Assembly: GCA_963718915.1 (NCBI GenBank)
Contig: CAVRAI010000004.1
Span: 330,001 to 362,000 of the forward strand
Source of the DNA: an uncultured Chloroflexia bacterium
Lineage (GTDB): Bacteria > Chloroflexota > Ktedonobacteria > Ktedonobacterales > JADMIN01
Length of the DNA stretch: 32,000 nucleotides
Direction: 5' to 3'
Part shown: positions 16,103 through 22,614 of the stretch, one piece after another
Layout of the letters: the number at the start of each line of letters is the position of its first letter
How positions within the stretch are numbered: position 1 is the first letter of the stretch
Translations under genes and position numbers: made by a program
The notes under the pieces: generated by a model
Told to the model about the DNA's origin: nothing
Database searches by the model: none
What the model saw: only the letters and a program-made list of their open reading frames with translations

Positions 16103-17302
16103 ATGGCAACCACTCGCCTGTTTGTGAGCCATAGCACCCAGGATAACGCCTGGTGCCGCGAGTTGGTGGCGGCGCTCAAGGCGGCGGGCTACGACGTCTG
16201 GTACGACGAGCAGGGGCTGACCGGCGGCGCCGTCTGGATCGAGACGTTGCAGCGTGAGGTGCAGTCGCGCGATGTCTTCGTCTTTGTGCTGACGCCAGAC
16301 TCGTGGGCATCGCCATGGTGTCAGGAGGAACTGCGGCTGGCGCTTTCCACCCAGCGGACGATTCTGCCGGTGATGCTCAAGCAGACGCCGGTGGAGGGCT
16401 TCCTGCTGACGCGCCAGTGGGTGAACGCGACCGATGTGGATACCGCGTCTGGCGTGAGGCGCGTGCTGGTGGCGCTGGGATCGCCCGTCGTCTTTCCGGC
16501 GGCTCCCGCGCCGAAGCAGATTACGCTCGCGCCCCAGATTGTGCCGCCCACGCTCCAGCAGAGAGGCTTCGTGGGTCGGGTCGTTGATGGCGTCGAGGTG
16601 ATTACACCGCCGATGTGTCTGGTATCCGCTGGCCCGTTCCTGATGGGCACAGATCCACGCCGGGAGCCGGAGGCGGCTGAGCGCGAGGAGCTCCAGCGCC
16701 AGGTGGAGGTCGCCGCATTCTACATCGGCGCGTTTCCGGTGACGGTGGCGGAATACGCCTGTATCCTCAAAGCGCAAGCGATGCGCCCGCCGGAAGCGTG
16801 GTCTACGCAGAGCGCTCGGCACGACCATCCGGTCACGCACATCTCCTGGAAGGCCGCCCTCGCCTATGTCGCGTGGCTGGCGCAGGTCACGGGCGAACCG
16901 TGGCGGCTGCCGACCGAGGAGGAGTGGGAGAAGGCGGCGCGTGGAACCGATGGCCGCATCTATCCCTGGGGCGATGTCTGGGATCGCTCGCGGGCGAACA
17001 CCGACGAAAGCGGGCCGGGCGATACGACGCCGGTTGGATCATATCCCGCTGGAGCCAGCTCGTACGGCGCCCTCGATATGGCAGGCAATGTCAACGAATG
17101 GTGCGGCATCCCGCCAGACTCGCCGCTCTTCCGTCCTGGCGCGTGGACAGGCGAGCAGCGTAAGAGCGCTGGCTACCTCGCGGGCGGCGCCTGGGATGAA
17201 AGCCCGTCGCATACGCGCGCGGCCTACCGCAGCCAACTCTTCATGGGTGAGCAGACCGACGACACCGGATTCCGGCTCGTCTGGCAACCACCCAGCGCGT
17301 AG
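16103..17302 (+). CDS. TIR domain fused to an FGE/SUMF1-like (formylglycine-generating-enzyme fold) domain
   Basis: The track ORF is 15779..17302. I prefer the ATG at 16103 (GGGGAGGAGAGG ends 5 nt upstream), giving 399 aa. TIR: MATTRLFVSHSTQDNAWCRELVAALKAAGYDVWYDEQGL...DVFVFVLTPDSWASPWCQEELRLAL...ILPV. FGE-like: FLMGTDP, FYIGAFPVTVAEY, HPVTHISWKAALAYVAWL, WRLPTEEEWEKAARGTDGRIYPWGD, LDMAGNVNEWC, GGAWDE, TGFRLV. Confidence 0.85.
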   Translation: MATTRLFVSHSTQDNAWCRELVAALKAAGYDVWYDEQGLTGGAVWIETLQREVQSRDVFVFVLTPDSWASPWCQEELRLALSTQRTILPVMLKQTPVEGFLLTRQWVNATDVDTASGVRRVLVALGSPVVFPAAPAPKQITLAPQIVPPTLQQRGFVGRVVDGVEVITPPMCLVSAGPFLMGTDPRREPEAAEREELQRQVEVAAFYIGAFPVTVAEYACILKAQAMRPPEAWSTQSARHDHPVTHISWKAALAYVAWLAQVTGEPWRLPTEEEWEKAARGTDGRIYPWGDVWDRSRANTDESGPGDTTPVGSYPAGASSYGALDMAGNVNEWCGIPPDSPLFRPGAWTGEQRKSAGYLAGGAWDESPSHTRAAYRSQLFMGEQTDDTGFRLVWQPPSA

Positions 17303-17428
17303 CGGCGCCGGATGCGCGGGCGGTTGAAACCGCGCCTGAGCGGCCTCGCTGCGCTCCGCCACAAAACCCGCCTGCGCGGGTCGCAGAAAGCGCGTGAGCA
17401 TTCTCTTTGCCTGGAACCCGCGCAAACA

Positions 17429-17459
17429 GGCTTAGCCACTGAAGGCGCTTCTGTGCGGC
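17429..17459. repeat. Degenerate copy of a REP-like hairpin repeat (GGCTTAGCC...GCGGC)
   Basis: GGCTTAGCCACTGAAGGCGCTTCTGTGCGGC shares the GG(A/C)TTAGCC head and GCGGC end with the two units at 18402-18504. It sits in a GC-rich hairpin-dense spacer (17303-17480). Confidence 0.4.
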
Positions 17460-17556
17460 TTTATCCGCCAGCCTCCAGATGCGTTATACTCAGGGCATAG
17501 CGTCTCCACCGCGGCGGACGCGGGCATTCTGTGCAGCAAAAGGAGCATCATCCACC

Positions 17557-18330
17557 ATGCCTCAGCAGTATATTCTCATCGAGCGCGAAGAGCCGATTGC
17601 CACTGCCATCATCAACCGGCCTGAAAAGTTGAATGCGCTGAACTGGGACCTCGTCACCGAGCTGGCCGACGAACTGGAGAAGCTCGACCGCGACGACGCG
17701 ATAGGCTGTATCGTGCTGACTGGCGCAGGCGACCGCGCCTTTGCCGCTGGAGCTGATATCGCCGAGATGTCCGATGCCAGCACAATGCGCATGGCGACTG
17801 GCCCCTTCGAGAGTTGGGATCGCATCCGTCGCATCCACAAGCCAATCATCGCGGCGGTCGGTGGATTCGCGCTGGGTGGCGGCAACGAACTGGCGATGCA
17901 CGCCGACATCATCATTGCCAGTGAGAAGGCGAAGTTCGGCCAGCCCGAGATTTTGCTGGGCATCATGCCCGGCGCGGGCGGCACGCAGCGGCTGGCGCAT
18001 ACGGTGGGCAAATATAAGGCGATGGAGATGTGCCTGACCGGCGACCAGTTCACCGCGCAGGATATGCTCGCCGCTGGCCTAGTCAACAAGGTCGTGCCGG
18101 AGGGGCAACACCTCGAAGAAGCGAAGGACATGGCGCGCAAGATCGCCAGCCGCGGTCCGCTGGCGGCGCGGATGACCAAAGAGGCGATCCTGATGGCCTT
18201 CGAGACACCATTGCAGGTGGGTTTGCTCTATGAGAAACGTCTCTTTGCTATGCTCTTCTCGACCGAAGATCAGAAGGAAGGCATGCGCGCCTTTATGGAA
18301 AAGCGTAAGGCCGAGTTCAAGGGGCGGTAG
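17557..18330 (+). CDS. Enoyl-CoA hydratase (crotonase family)
   Basis: The track ORF is 17479..18330. I prefer the ATG at 17557 (AAAGGAG upstream), giving 257 aa. Motifs: IINRPEKLNALN, VLTGAGDRAFAAGADI, AAVGGFALGGGNELAMHADIIIAS, FGQPEILLGIMPGAGGTQRL. Confidence 0.9.
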   Translation: MPQQYILIEREEPIATAIINRPEKLNALNWDLVTELADELEKLDRDDAIGCIVLTGAGDRAFAAGADIAEMSDASTMRMATGPFESWDRIRRIHKPIIAAVGGFALGGGNELAMHADIIIASEKAKFGQPEILLGIMPGAGGTQRLAHTVGKYKAMEMCLTGDQFTAQDMLAAGLVNKVVPEGQHLEEAKDMARKIASRGPLAARMTKEAILMAFETPLQVGLLYEKRLFAMLFSTEDQKEGMRAFMEKRKAEFKGR

Positions 18331-18401
18331 GGTTATTCATGTCATTCGCGCCGCTTGCGGCGGATACATCTGAGGGCGCGCAATGTCTGGGGGGTGCGCT
18401 G

Positions 18402-18504
18402 GCCGCAGGCTGAAGCCCTGCGGCTAATCCCTATCATAGGGGACGCTCTTTGGGGTGACGAGTATGCTCAATTCAGGATTAGCCGTGGCGCTTTAGGCCA
18501 CGGC
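18402..18504. repeat. Inverted pair of 29-nt hairpin units (REP/BIME- or MITE-like element)
   Basis: Unit 1 is 18402-18430, GCCGCAGG-ctgaagc-CCTGCGGC-TAATCC. Unit 2 is 18476-18504, GGATTA-GCCGTGGC-gctttag-GCCACGGC. The reverse complement of unit 1 matches unit 2 at 22/29 positions. The stem differences are compensatory (CA..TG versus TG..CA). Each unit has an 8-bp stem and a 7-nt loop, and a 45-nt spacer separates them. Confidence 0.6.
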
Positions 18505-18603
18505 ATATGGCCCACACGATCTGTTTGCCCGATGACAGGCAAAATGCTGGCAAGCGTCGGGAGTCTTACCCACGCGCTAATGTCCCGGAAAGCGAGAACT
18601 ACA

Positions 18604-19803
18604 ATGGAAGACGCCGTCATACTCAGCGCTGTCCGCACGCCGATAGGACGTTATGCGGGTGTCCTTAAAGAGATGCGCCCTGACGACCTGGGCGCGCTTG
18701 TGCTGGCAGAGGCGATCAGGCGCGCGGGCATACCCGCCGAGGCAATCGAAGATGTAGTGATGGGCTGCGCCAACCAGGCGGGCGAGGATAATCGTAACGT
18801 CGCGCGCATGGCGCTGTTGCTAGCCGGGCTGCCCACATCGGTCGCCGGGCAGACGGTGAACCGGCTCTGCGGCTCCGGCTTGCAGGCGATCAACACCGCT
18901 GCCCATGCCATTCAGACGGGCGAGGGTGAGGTATGGCTGGCTGGCGGCGTCGAGAGCATGACACGCGCGCCGTTCGTACTGGGCAAGACGGAGTCGGCGT
19001 TCGCGCGTGGGGAGATGAGGCTGCAAGATACGACGCTGGGCTGGCGCTTCATCAATCCGAAGCTCTCCGAGTTGCATCTTCCCTACAGCATGGGCGAGAC
19101 CGCCGAAAATGTTGCCGAGAAATACGACGTCTCGCGCGCCGATCAGGACGCCTTCGCGGCGGAGAGCCACCGACGCGCCATCGCCGCGATAGACGCGGGA
19201 CGCTTCCGCGACGAGATCGTGCCAGTTGAGGTTCCGGCAGGCAAGGGCAAGACTGAGTTGATAGCAATCGACGAGCAACCCCGGCGCGATACGGCGGTCG
19301 AGAAGCTGGCGACGCTCATGCCGGTCTTCCGCAAGGGCGGCAGCGTGACGGCGGGCAATGCGTCCAGTATCAACGATGGCGCGGCGGCCCTGGTGATTTC
19401 GTCACGGGGCTGGGCCGAGGCGCAGGGCATCCGTCCACGGGCGCGCATTGTCAGCTGCGCCGTCGCAGGGGTCGATCCCGCCTACATGGGCCTTGGGCCG
19501 ATTCCCGCCAGCCGCAAGGCGCTCGCGCGGGCAGGCCTCTCGGTCGGCGATCTTGATCTGGTCGAGTTGAACGAGGCCTTTGCCTCGCAGTCACTCCAGT
19601 GCGTCCGTGAGTTGGGGCTGGATACCGCAAAGGTCAACGTCAATGGCGGGGCTATCGCGCTGGGCCACCCACTGGGCTGCTCTGGCGCGCGGCTGATGAC
19701 GACGCTACTCTACGAGCTGGAGCGGCGTGGCGGACGTTACGGGCTGGCGACGATGTGCATCGGCGTGGGACAGGGTATCGCCACAATCATCGAGCGGCTG
19801 TAG
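18604..19803 (+). CDS. Acetyl-CoA C-acyltransferase (thiolase)
   Basis: The track ORF is 18355..19803. I prefer the ATG at 18604, which gives a typical 399-aa thiolase beginning [19 protein letters not shown]. Motifs: [12 protein letters not shown] (active-site Cys), [44 protein letters not shown]. Confidence 0.9.
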   Translation: MEDAVILSAVRTPIGRYAGVLKEMRPDDLGALVLAEAIRRAGIPAEAIEDVVMGCANQAGEDNRNVARMALLLAGLPTSVAGQTVNRLCGSGLQAINTAAHAIQTGEGEVWLAGGVESMTRAPFVLGKTESAFARGEMRLQDTTLGWRFINPKLSELHLPYSMGETAENVAEKYDVSRADQDAFAAESHRRAIAAIDAGRFRDEIVPVEVPAGKGKTELIAIDEQPRRDTAVEKLATLMPVFRKGGSVTAGNASSINDGAAALVISSRGWAEAQGIRPRARIVSCAVAGVDPAYMGLGPIPASRKALARAGLSVGDLDLVELNEAFASQSLQCVRELGLDTAKVNVNGGAIALGHPLGCSGARLMTTLLYELERRGGRYGLATMCIGVGQGIATIIERL

Positions 19804-19819
19804 TTGCTGACGATGTCTG

Positions 19820-19850
19820 CATAGGATTCTTGCAGAAGATTCCGGCTATG
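19820..19850 (+). terminator. Stem-loop immediately 3' of the thiolase stop (possible terminator, no U-tract)
   Basis: CATAG-GATTCTT-gcag-AAGATTC-cgg-CTATG. The two-tier stem has one mismatch. No T-run follows, so the terminator assignment is weak. Confidence 0.25.
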
Positions 19851-19985
19851 CTAGACGTCGGAAAACAACGCAAGCGGGTTGGGAGGAAGAGATAGCTGCG
19901 GAAACGCGGTCTGGCGCAAGGATCTGCGCTGGCCAATTGACGAAGAGATGACGCTCCAGGAGTTCCTGTCGGCGCGCCCAGTGCT

Positions 19986-20363
19986 GTGGCTGCGCTGGTA
20001 TCAGGCTGGCTCAGCGAACATGATGTAAATGCGTCAGCCGCGCCAGCATTGCTGCACCTGCACAAAATATGCGCCATCCTGGCGACGATCGTCTTCGGAG
20101 TACTGTTTCTCTTGCGGCTGACATGGCAGTCGCCCCGGTTGCTGGGCTGGCTACGACTGTCGTTTCCCTATAACGGCTCGCTTATCAGCGTGCAATCGTG
20201 GTCGCGTGTATTCCTTCCCCTGGCGTACGTCAAACCTCTTCCACGCAGCGTCGTAACAGCTTATTTACTGTTGAGCGTCGTCGGCGTCATCCTGCTCGCG
20301 CTGACGGGTTATCTCGGCGGTGCAATGGTCTACGACCATGGGATAGGGCTACCAATCCACTAA
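19986..20363 (+). CDS. DUF2231-like membrane protein, N-terminally truncated paralog of 20578..21135 (possible pseudogene)
   Basis: 125 aa from a GTG. AALVSGWLSEH...LHLHKICAILATIVFGVLFLLRL...VTAYLLLSVVGVILLALTGYLGGAMVYDHGIG aligns with IAMLSGWLSEH...LRLHKIIALLATIVFLALFLARF...IVAYLLLALIGVGLLVATGYLGEALVYRFGIG. In-frame similarity (PVGAPSAV versus MVGAPMTL) continues upstream of the GTG to a stop at 19938. The first ~55 aa, including the HF-x-IAL helix, have no counterpart. Confidence 0.5.
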   Translation: MAALVSGWLSEHDVNASAAPALLHLHKICAILATIVFGVLFLLRLTWQSPRLLGWLRLSFPYNGSLISVQSWSRVFLPLAYVKPLPRSVVTAYLLLSVVGVILLALTGYLGGAMVYDHGIGLPIH

Positions 20364-20577
20364 CGCCTAAAGACTAACGCCGTGCGCCTACAAGGCTGCT
20401 CAATAGCGAGCATTTTCTCCGTATCCTCATGGCACATTCGTCACTCTCGCAGCAGCTTATGCCACTGAATTGACACTCGTGCTGTATCATCGTCACAGCA
20501 TGCTTATTCGTTTGCCGTGCCGCTCTGCTCTCATATTCATCTGCTTACGTCTGCAACCGATGCGAGGTCACTGATTC

Positions 20578-21135
20578 ATGTCATCGATTCGTCTGGCCGA
20601 ACTGCACGCGTTCATCGTCCATTTTTCGATTGCTCTGCTGATAACGAGCGTGGCGCTCGATTTCGCCGCCATCATCTTTCGGCGCGCCAGTCTGGTCGAG
20701 GGCGCGAATTGGGCGCTCATGGTTGGAGCTCCGATGACCCTGATAGCTATGCTCTCCGGGTGGCTGAGCGAGCATAATACGCCCATCAGCACGGCGGGAT
20801 ACGACTTTCTGCGTCTGCATAAGATAATCGCCTTACTGGCGACGATTGTCTTTCTGGCGCTCTTTCTGGCGCGATTCGTGTGGTTATTGTCCCGCCTGGT
20901 CGCATGGCTGGGACTGGCTTTCCCCAAGTCGGGCAGGCTTGCCAATGCGCAGGTCTGGCTGGGCGAGAAGTTGCCGCAGGCATATGTCTCGCAGTTGCCC
21001 CGTGGCGCCATCGTCGCGTATTTGTTGCTGGCCCTCATCGGGGTCGGTCTGCTCGTCGCCACGGGGTACCTCGGCGAGGCGCTGGTCTATCGTTTTGGCA
21101 TCGGGATCTATAGCTCCGGTGCGCTGTTGCCCTAG
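20578..21135 (+). CDS. DUF2231-like integral membrane protein
   Basis: 185 aa. LHAFIVHFSIALLITSVALDFAAI is the characteristic first helix, and there are four TM helices in total. Confidence 0.75.
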   Translation: MSSIRLAELHAFIVHFSIALLITSVALDFAAIIFRRASLVEGANWALMVGAPMTLIAMLSGWLSEHNTPISTAGYDFLRLHKIIALLATIVFLALFLARFVWLLSRLVAWLGLAFPKSGRLANAQVWLGEKLPQAYVSQLPRGAIVAYLLLALIGVGLLVATGYLGEALVYRFGIGIYSSGALLP

Positions 21136-21171
21136 CTGCAAACCCTGACGAATGTGCTGCTTCGCGTGATC

Positions 21172-21591
21172 TCATGCCAACGTGTGGTCGAGCCGCCGCA
21201 GCGATGCCAGCAGCGCCGTCTGCTGCGCGCGAGGCAGTTCCACAAATATACCCTCGATTAGCCGTTCCTGTGCGGGCAGCGCCTCCGCGCGAATGTCCTT
21301 GCCCTTCTCCGTCAGATACAGATGGTTGGCGCGTCCCTCCTGCTGGCGAACCAGCAGGCCGCGCTCCTCCATCCGGTCAAGCAGTTGGCAGACGTTGCCT
21401 TTTGTGACGAGTAAACGATCGGCCAGTTGCTGCTGCGTCAATCCCTCGGCGTTGCCTATCTGCACCAGCACATCAAACTGCGCCACCGAAAGATCCCATT
21501 GGCGTAGCAGATCAACCGAGGCCCGATCAACCTTCTGAAACACGCGCGCCAGACGCAACCACGCTGGAATGGCAATTGATCGACCGCTCAT
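21172..21591 (-). CDS. MarR-family transcriptional regulator
   Basis: The track ORF is 21172..21600 (GTG). I prefer the ATG at 21591 (AGGTGG ~5 nt upstream). LSVAQFDVLVQIGNAEGLTQQQLADRLLVTKGNVCQLLDRMEERGLLVRQQEGRANHLYLTEKG is a canonical MarR wHTH. Confidence 0.85.
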   Translation of the reverse strand: MSGRSIAIPAWLRLARVFQKVDRASVDLLRQWDLSVAQFDVLVQIGNAEGLTQQQLADRLLVTKGNVCQLLDRMEERGLLVRQQEGRANHLYLTEKGKDIRAEALPAQERLIEGIFVELPRAQQTALLASLRRLDHTLA

Positions 21592-21630
21592 ATTCCCCAC
21601 CTTTTTCGTGATGCTCTTTAATACTATGAT

Positions 21631-21642
21631 TGACCTTGGTCA
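21631..21642. promoter_or_regulatory. Inverted repeat TGACC-TT-GGTCA upstream of marR
   Basis: Read directly. It lies 40-51 nt upstream of the marR ATG at 21591. Confidence 0.35.
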
Positions 21643-21670
21643 GGGGATGAATACACTCTATCATTCCTAT

Positions 21671-21690
21671 ATAGTTTAGCAGTAAACTAT
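21671..21690. promoter_or_regulatory. Perfect 8-4-8 palindrome ATAGTTTA-gcag-TAAACTAT (MarR-operator-like)
   Basis: Read directly. It sits in the most AT-rich part of the marR/def divergent intergenic region, 80-99 nt upstream of the marR ATG. Confidence 0.4.
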
Positions 21691-21719
21691 TTTATACGTC
21701 AAGCGGCATAGCACTGCTG

Positions 21720-21749
21720 TTGACAGACCTTGAGTCATGTGCATACAGT
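21720..21749 (+). promoter_or_regulatory. Candidate promoter TTGACA-18 nt-TACAGT facing the def-miaB operon
   Basis: TTGACA at 21720-21725 and TACAGT at 21744-21749. This implies a ~240-nt leader before the def ATG. Confidence 0.3.
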
Positions 21750-21908
21750 ATACGGCGGCTTGCGGAGTGCTGATGGGGAGTGGTTGGCCATATTGCATGG
21801 CGCGCGTCATTGCATGTAAGATAGAATATCCGCCAAACGTCATGAATCGCGGGAGCGGAAGGGATGCGCGCTTACGCCTGGCGGTGCAATATCCTTCCGT
21901 TCCTTTAT

Positions 21909-21938
21909 TGTGTGCCAATGTGTGCCAAGGTGTGCGCA
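21909..21938. repeat. 10-bp tandem repeat TGTGTGCCAA x2 plus a degenerate third unit (GGTGTGCGCA) upstream of def
   Basis: Read directly: 21909-21918 and 21919-21928 are identical, and 21929-21938 matches at 7/10. It lies 56-85 nt upstream of the def ATG. Confidence 0.9.
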
Positions 21939-21993
21939 TCCGACGCCTGACAACAGCGCGCCTCTCGCACCGGCAAATAAGAGGTCATTCGCT

Positions 21994-22614
21994 ATGACGA
22001 TACGCAAAATTCTTACGATGGATTATCCCGTCTTACGCGCGAAGGCCAAGAAGGTGTCGCGCTATGATCCCTGGCTCGAACGGCTGGTGCAGGATATGTG
22101 GGAAACGATGCACGATGCGCCTGGCGTCGGGCTTGCCGCGCCTCAGATTGGCGAATCGGTGCGGGTGTTGGTCGCTGAGTATGAAGACCATAAAGTTGCG
22201 CTGGTCAATCCGGAGATCACGAAAGCGAGTGACGAAGAGGAACTGGCCACTGAGGGTTGTCTGAGCATTCCGGGCTATGTCGGCGATAATGTGTCGCGGG
22301 CGCTGGCGGTCACTGTCAAAGCGCGCGATCCGAAGGGCAAAGAGGTTCGCGTCAAGGCAGAAGGGTGGTGGGCGCGCATCCTGCAGCATGAGATTGACCA
22401 CCTCAATGGCGTCCTCTACATCGATCTGATCGACCCCGAAGATGTGCGCGAGCTTACCGAGGATGAAATCGTCGACGAGGGCGAGGTTCTCGAACGTGGC
22501 CCATCTGGCACAGGCAGGCGGGTCGAGAAGCACGGGCGCACCGATGCCAAAGGCGCAAAAAAAGGCGCAGCGGTTGGCGGCGATGTGAGCGAAGCAGCGG
22601 GAGGCGCCAGATGA
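21994..22614 (+). CDS. def: Peptide deformylase with a ~45-aa charged or Gly/Ala/Lys-rich C-terminal extension
   Basis: The track ORF is 21910..22614. I prefer the ATG at 21994 (AAGAGG 9 nt upstream), giving 206 aa. The three Def motifs are present: GVGLAAPQIG, EGCLSIPG, QHEIDHLNG. Confidence 0.9.
   Translation: MTIRKILTMDYPVLRAKAKKVSRYDPWLERLVQDMWETMHDAPGVGLAAPQIGESVRVLVAEYEDHKVALVNPEITKASDEEELATEGCLSIPGYVGDNVSRALAVTVKARDPKGKEVRVKAEGWWARILQHEIDHLNGVLYIDLIDPEDVRELTEDEIVDEGEVLERGPSGTGRRVEKHGRTDAKGAKKGAAVGGDVSEAAGGAR

Noticed and set aside
16058-16840. 260-aa minus-strand ORF
   Set aside because: It is antisense to the TIR-FGE gene and has Arg/His/Leu-rich shadow composition. The nested ORFs at 16303-17425 are rejected likewise.
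16103-17302. Interpreting the TIR gene as ThsB of a Thoeris system
   Set aside because: No ThsA-like (SIR2/TM or Macro plus SLOG) gene is present within the neighbourhood. The TIR domain is fused to its own FGE-like domain, so the canonical Thoeris assignment is not supported.
17562-18179. 205-aa minus-strand ORF inside the enoyl-CoA hydratase gene
   Set aside because: It is antisense to a clear crotonase reading frame and is a low-complexity Ser/Ala/Pro/Arg sequence.
18402-18504. Calling the inverted 29-nt units a bona fide MITE or mobile element
   Set aside because: I could not identify target-site duplications, and no transposase is in the window. Copy number in the genome is unknown. 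It is reported only as a REP/MITE-like repeat.
21676-21997. ORFs 21676..21939 (-) and 21737..21997 (+) in the marR/def spacer
   Set aside because: They overlap each other in an AT-rich region full of regulatory-looking repeats. They are Cys/His/Arg-rich with no RBS.
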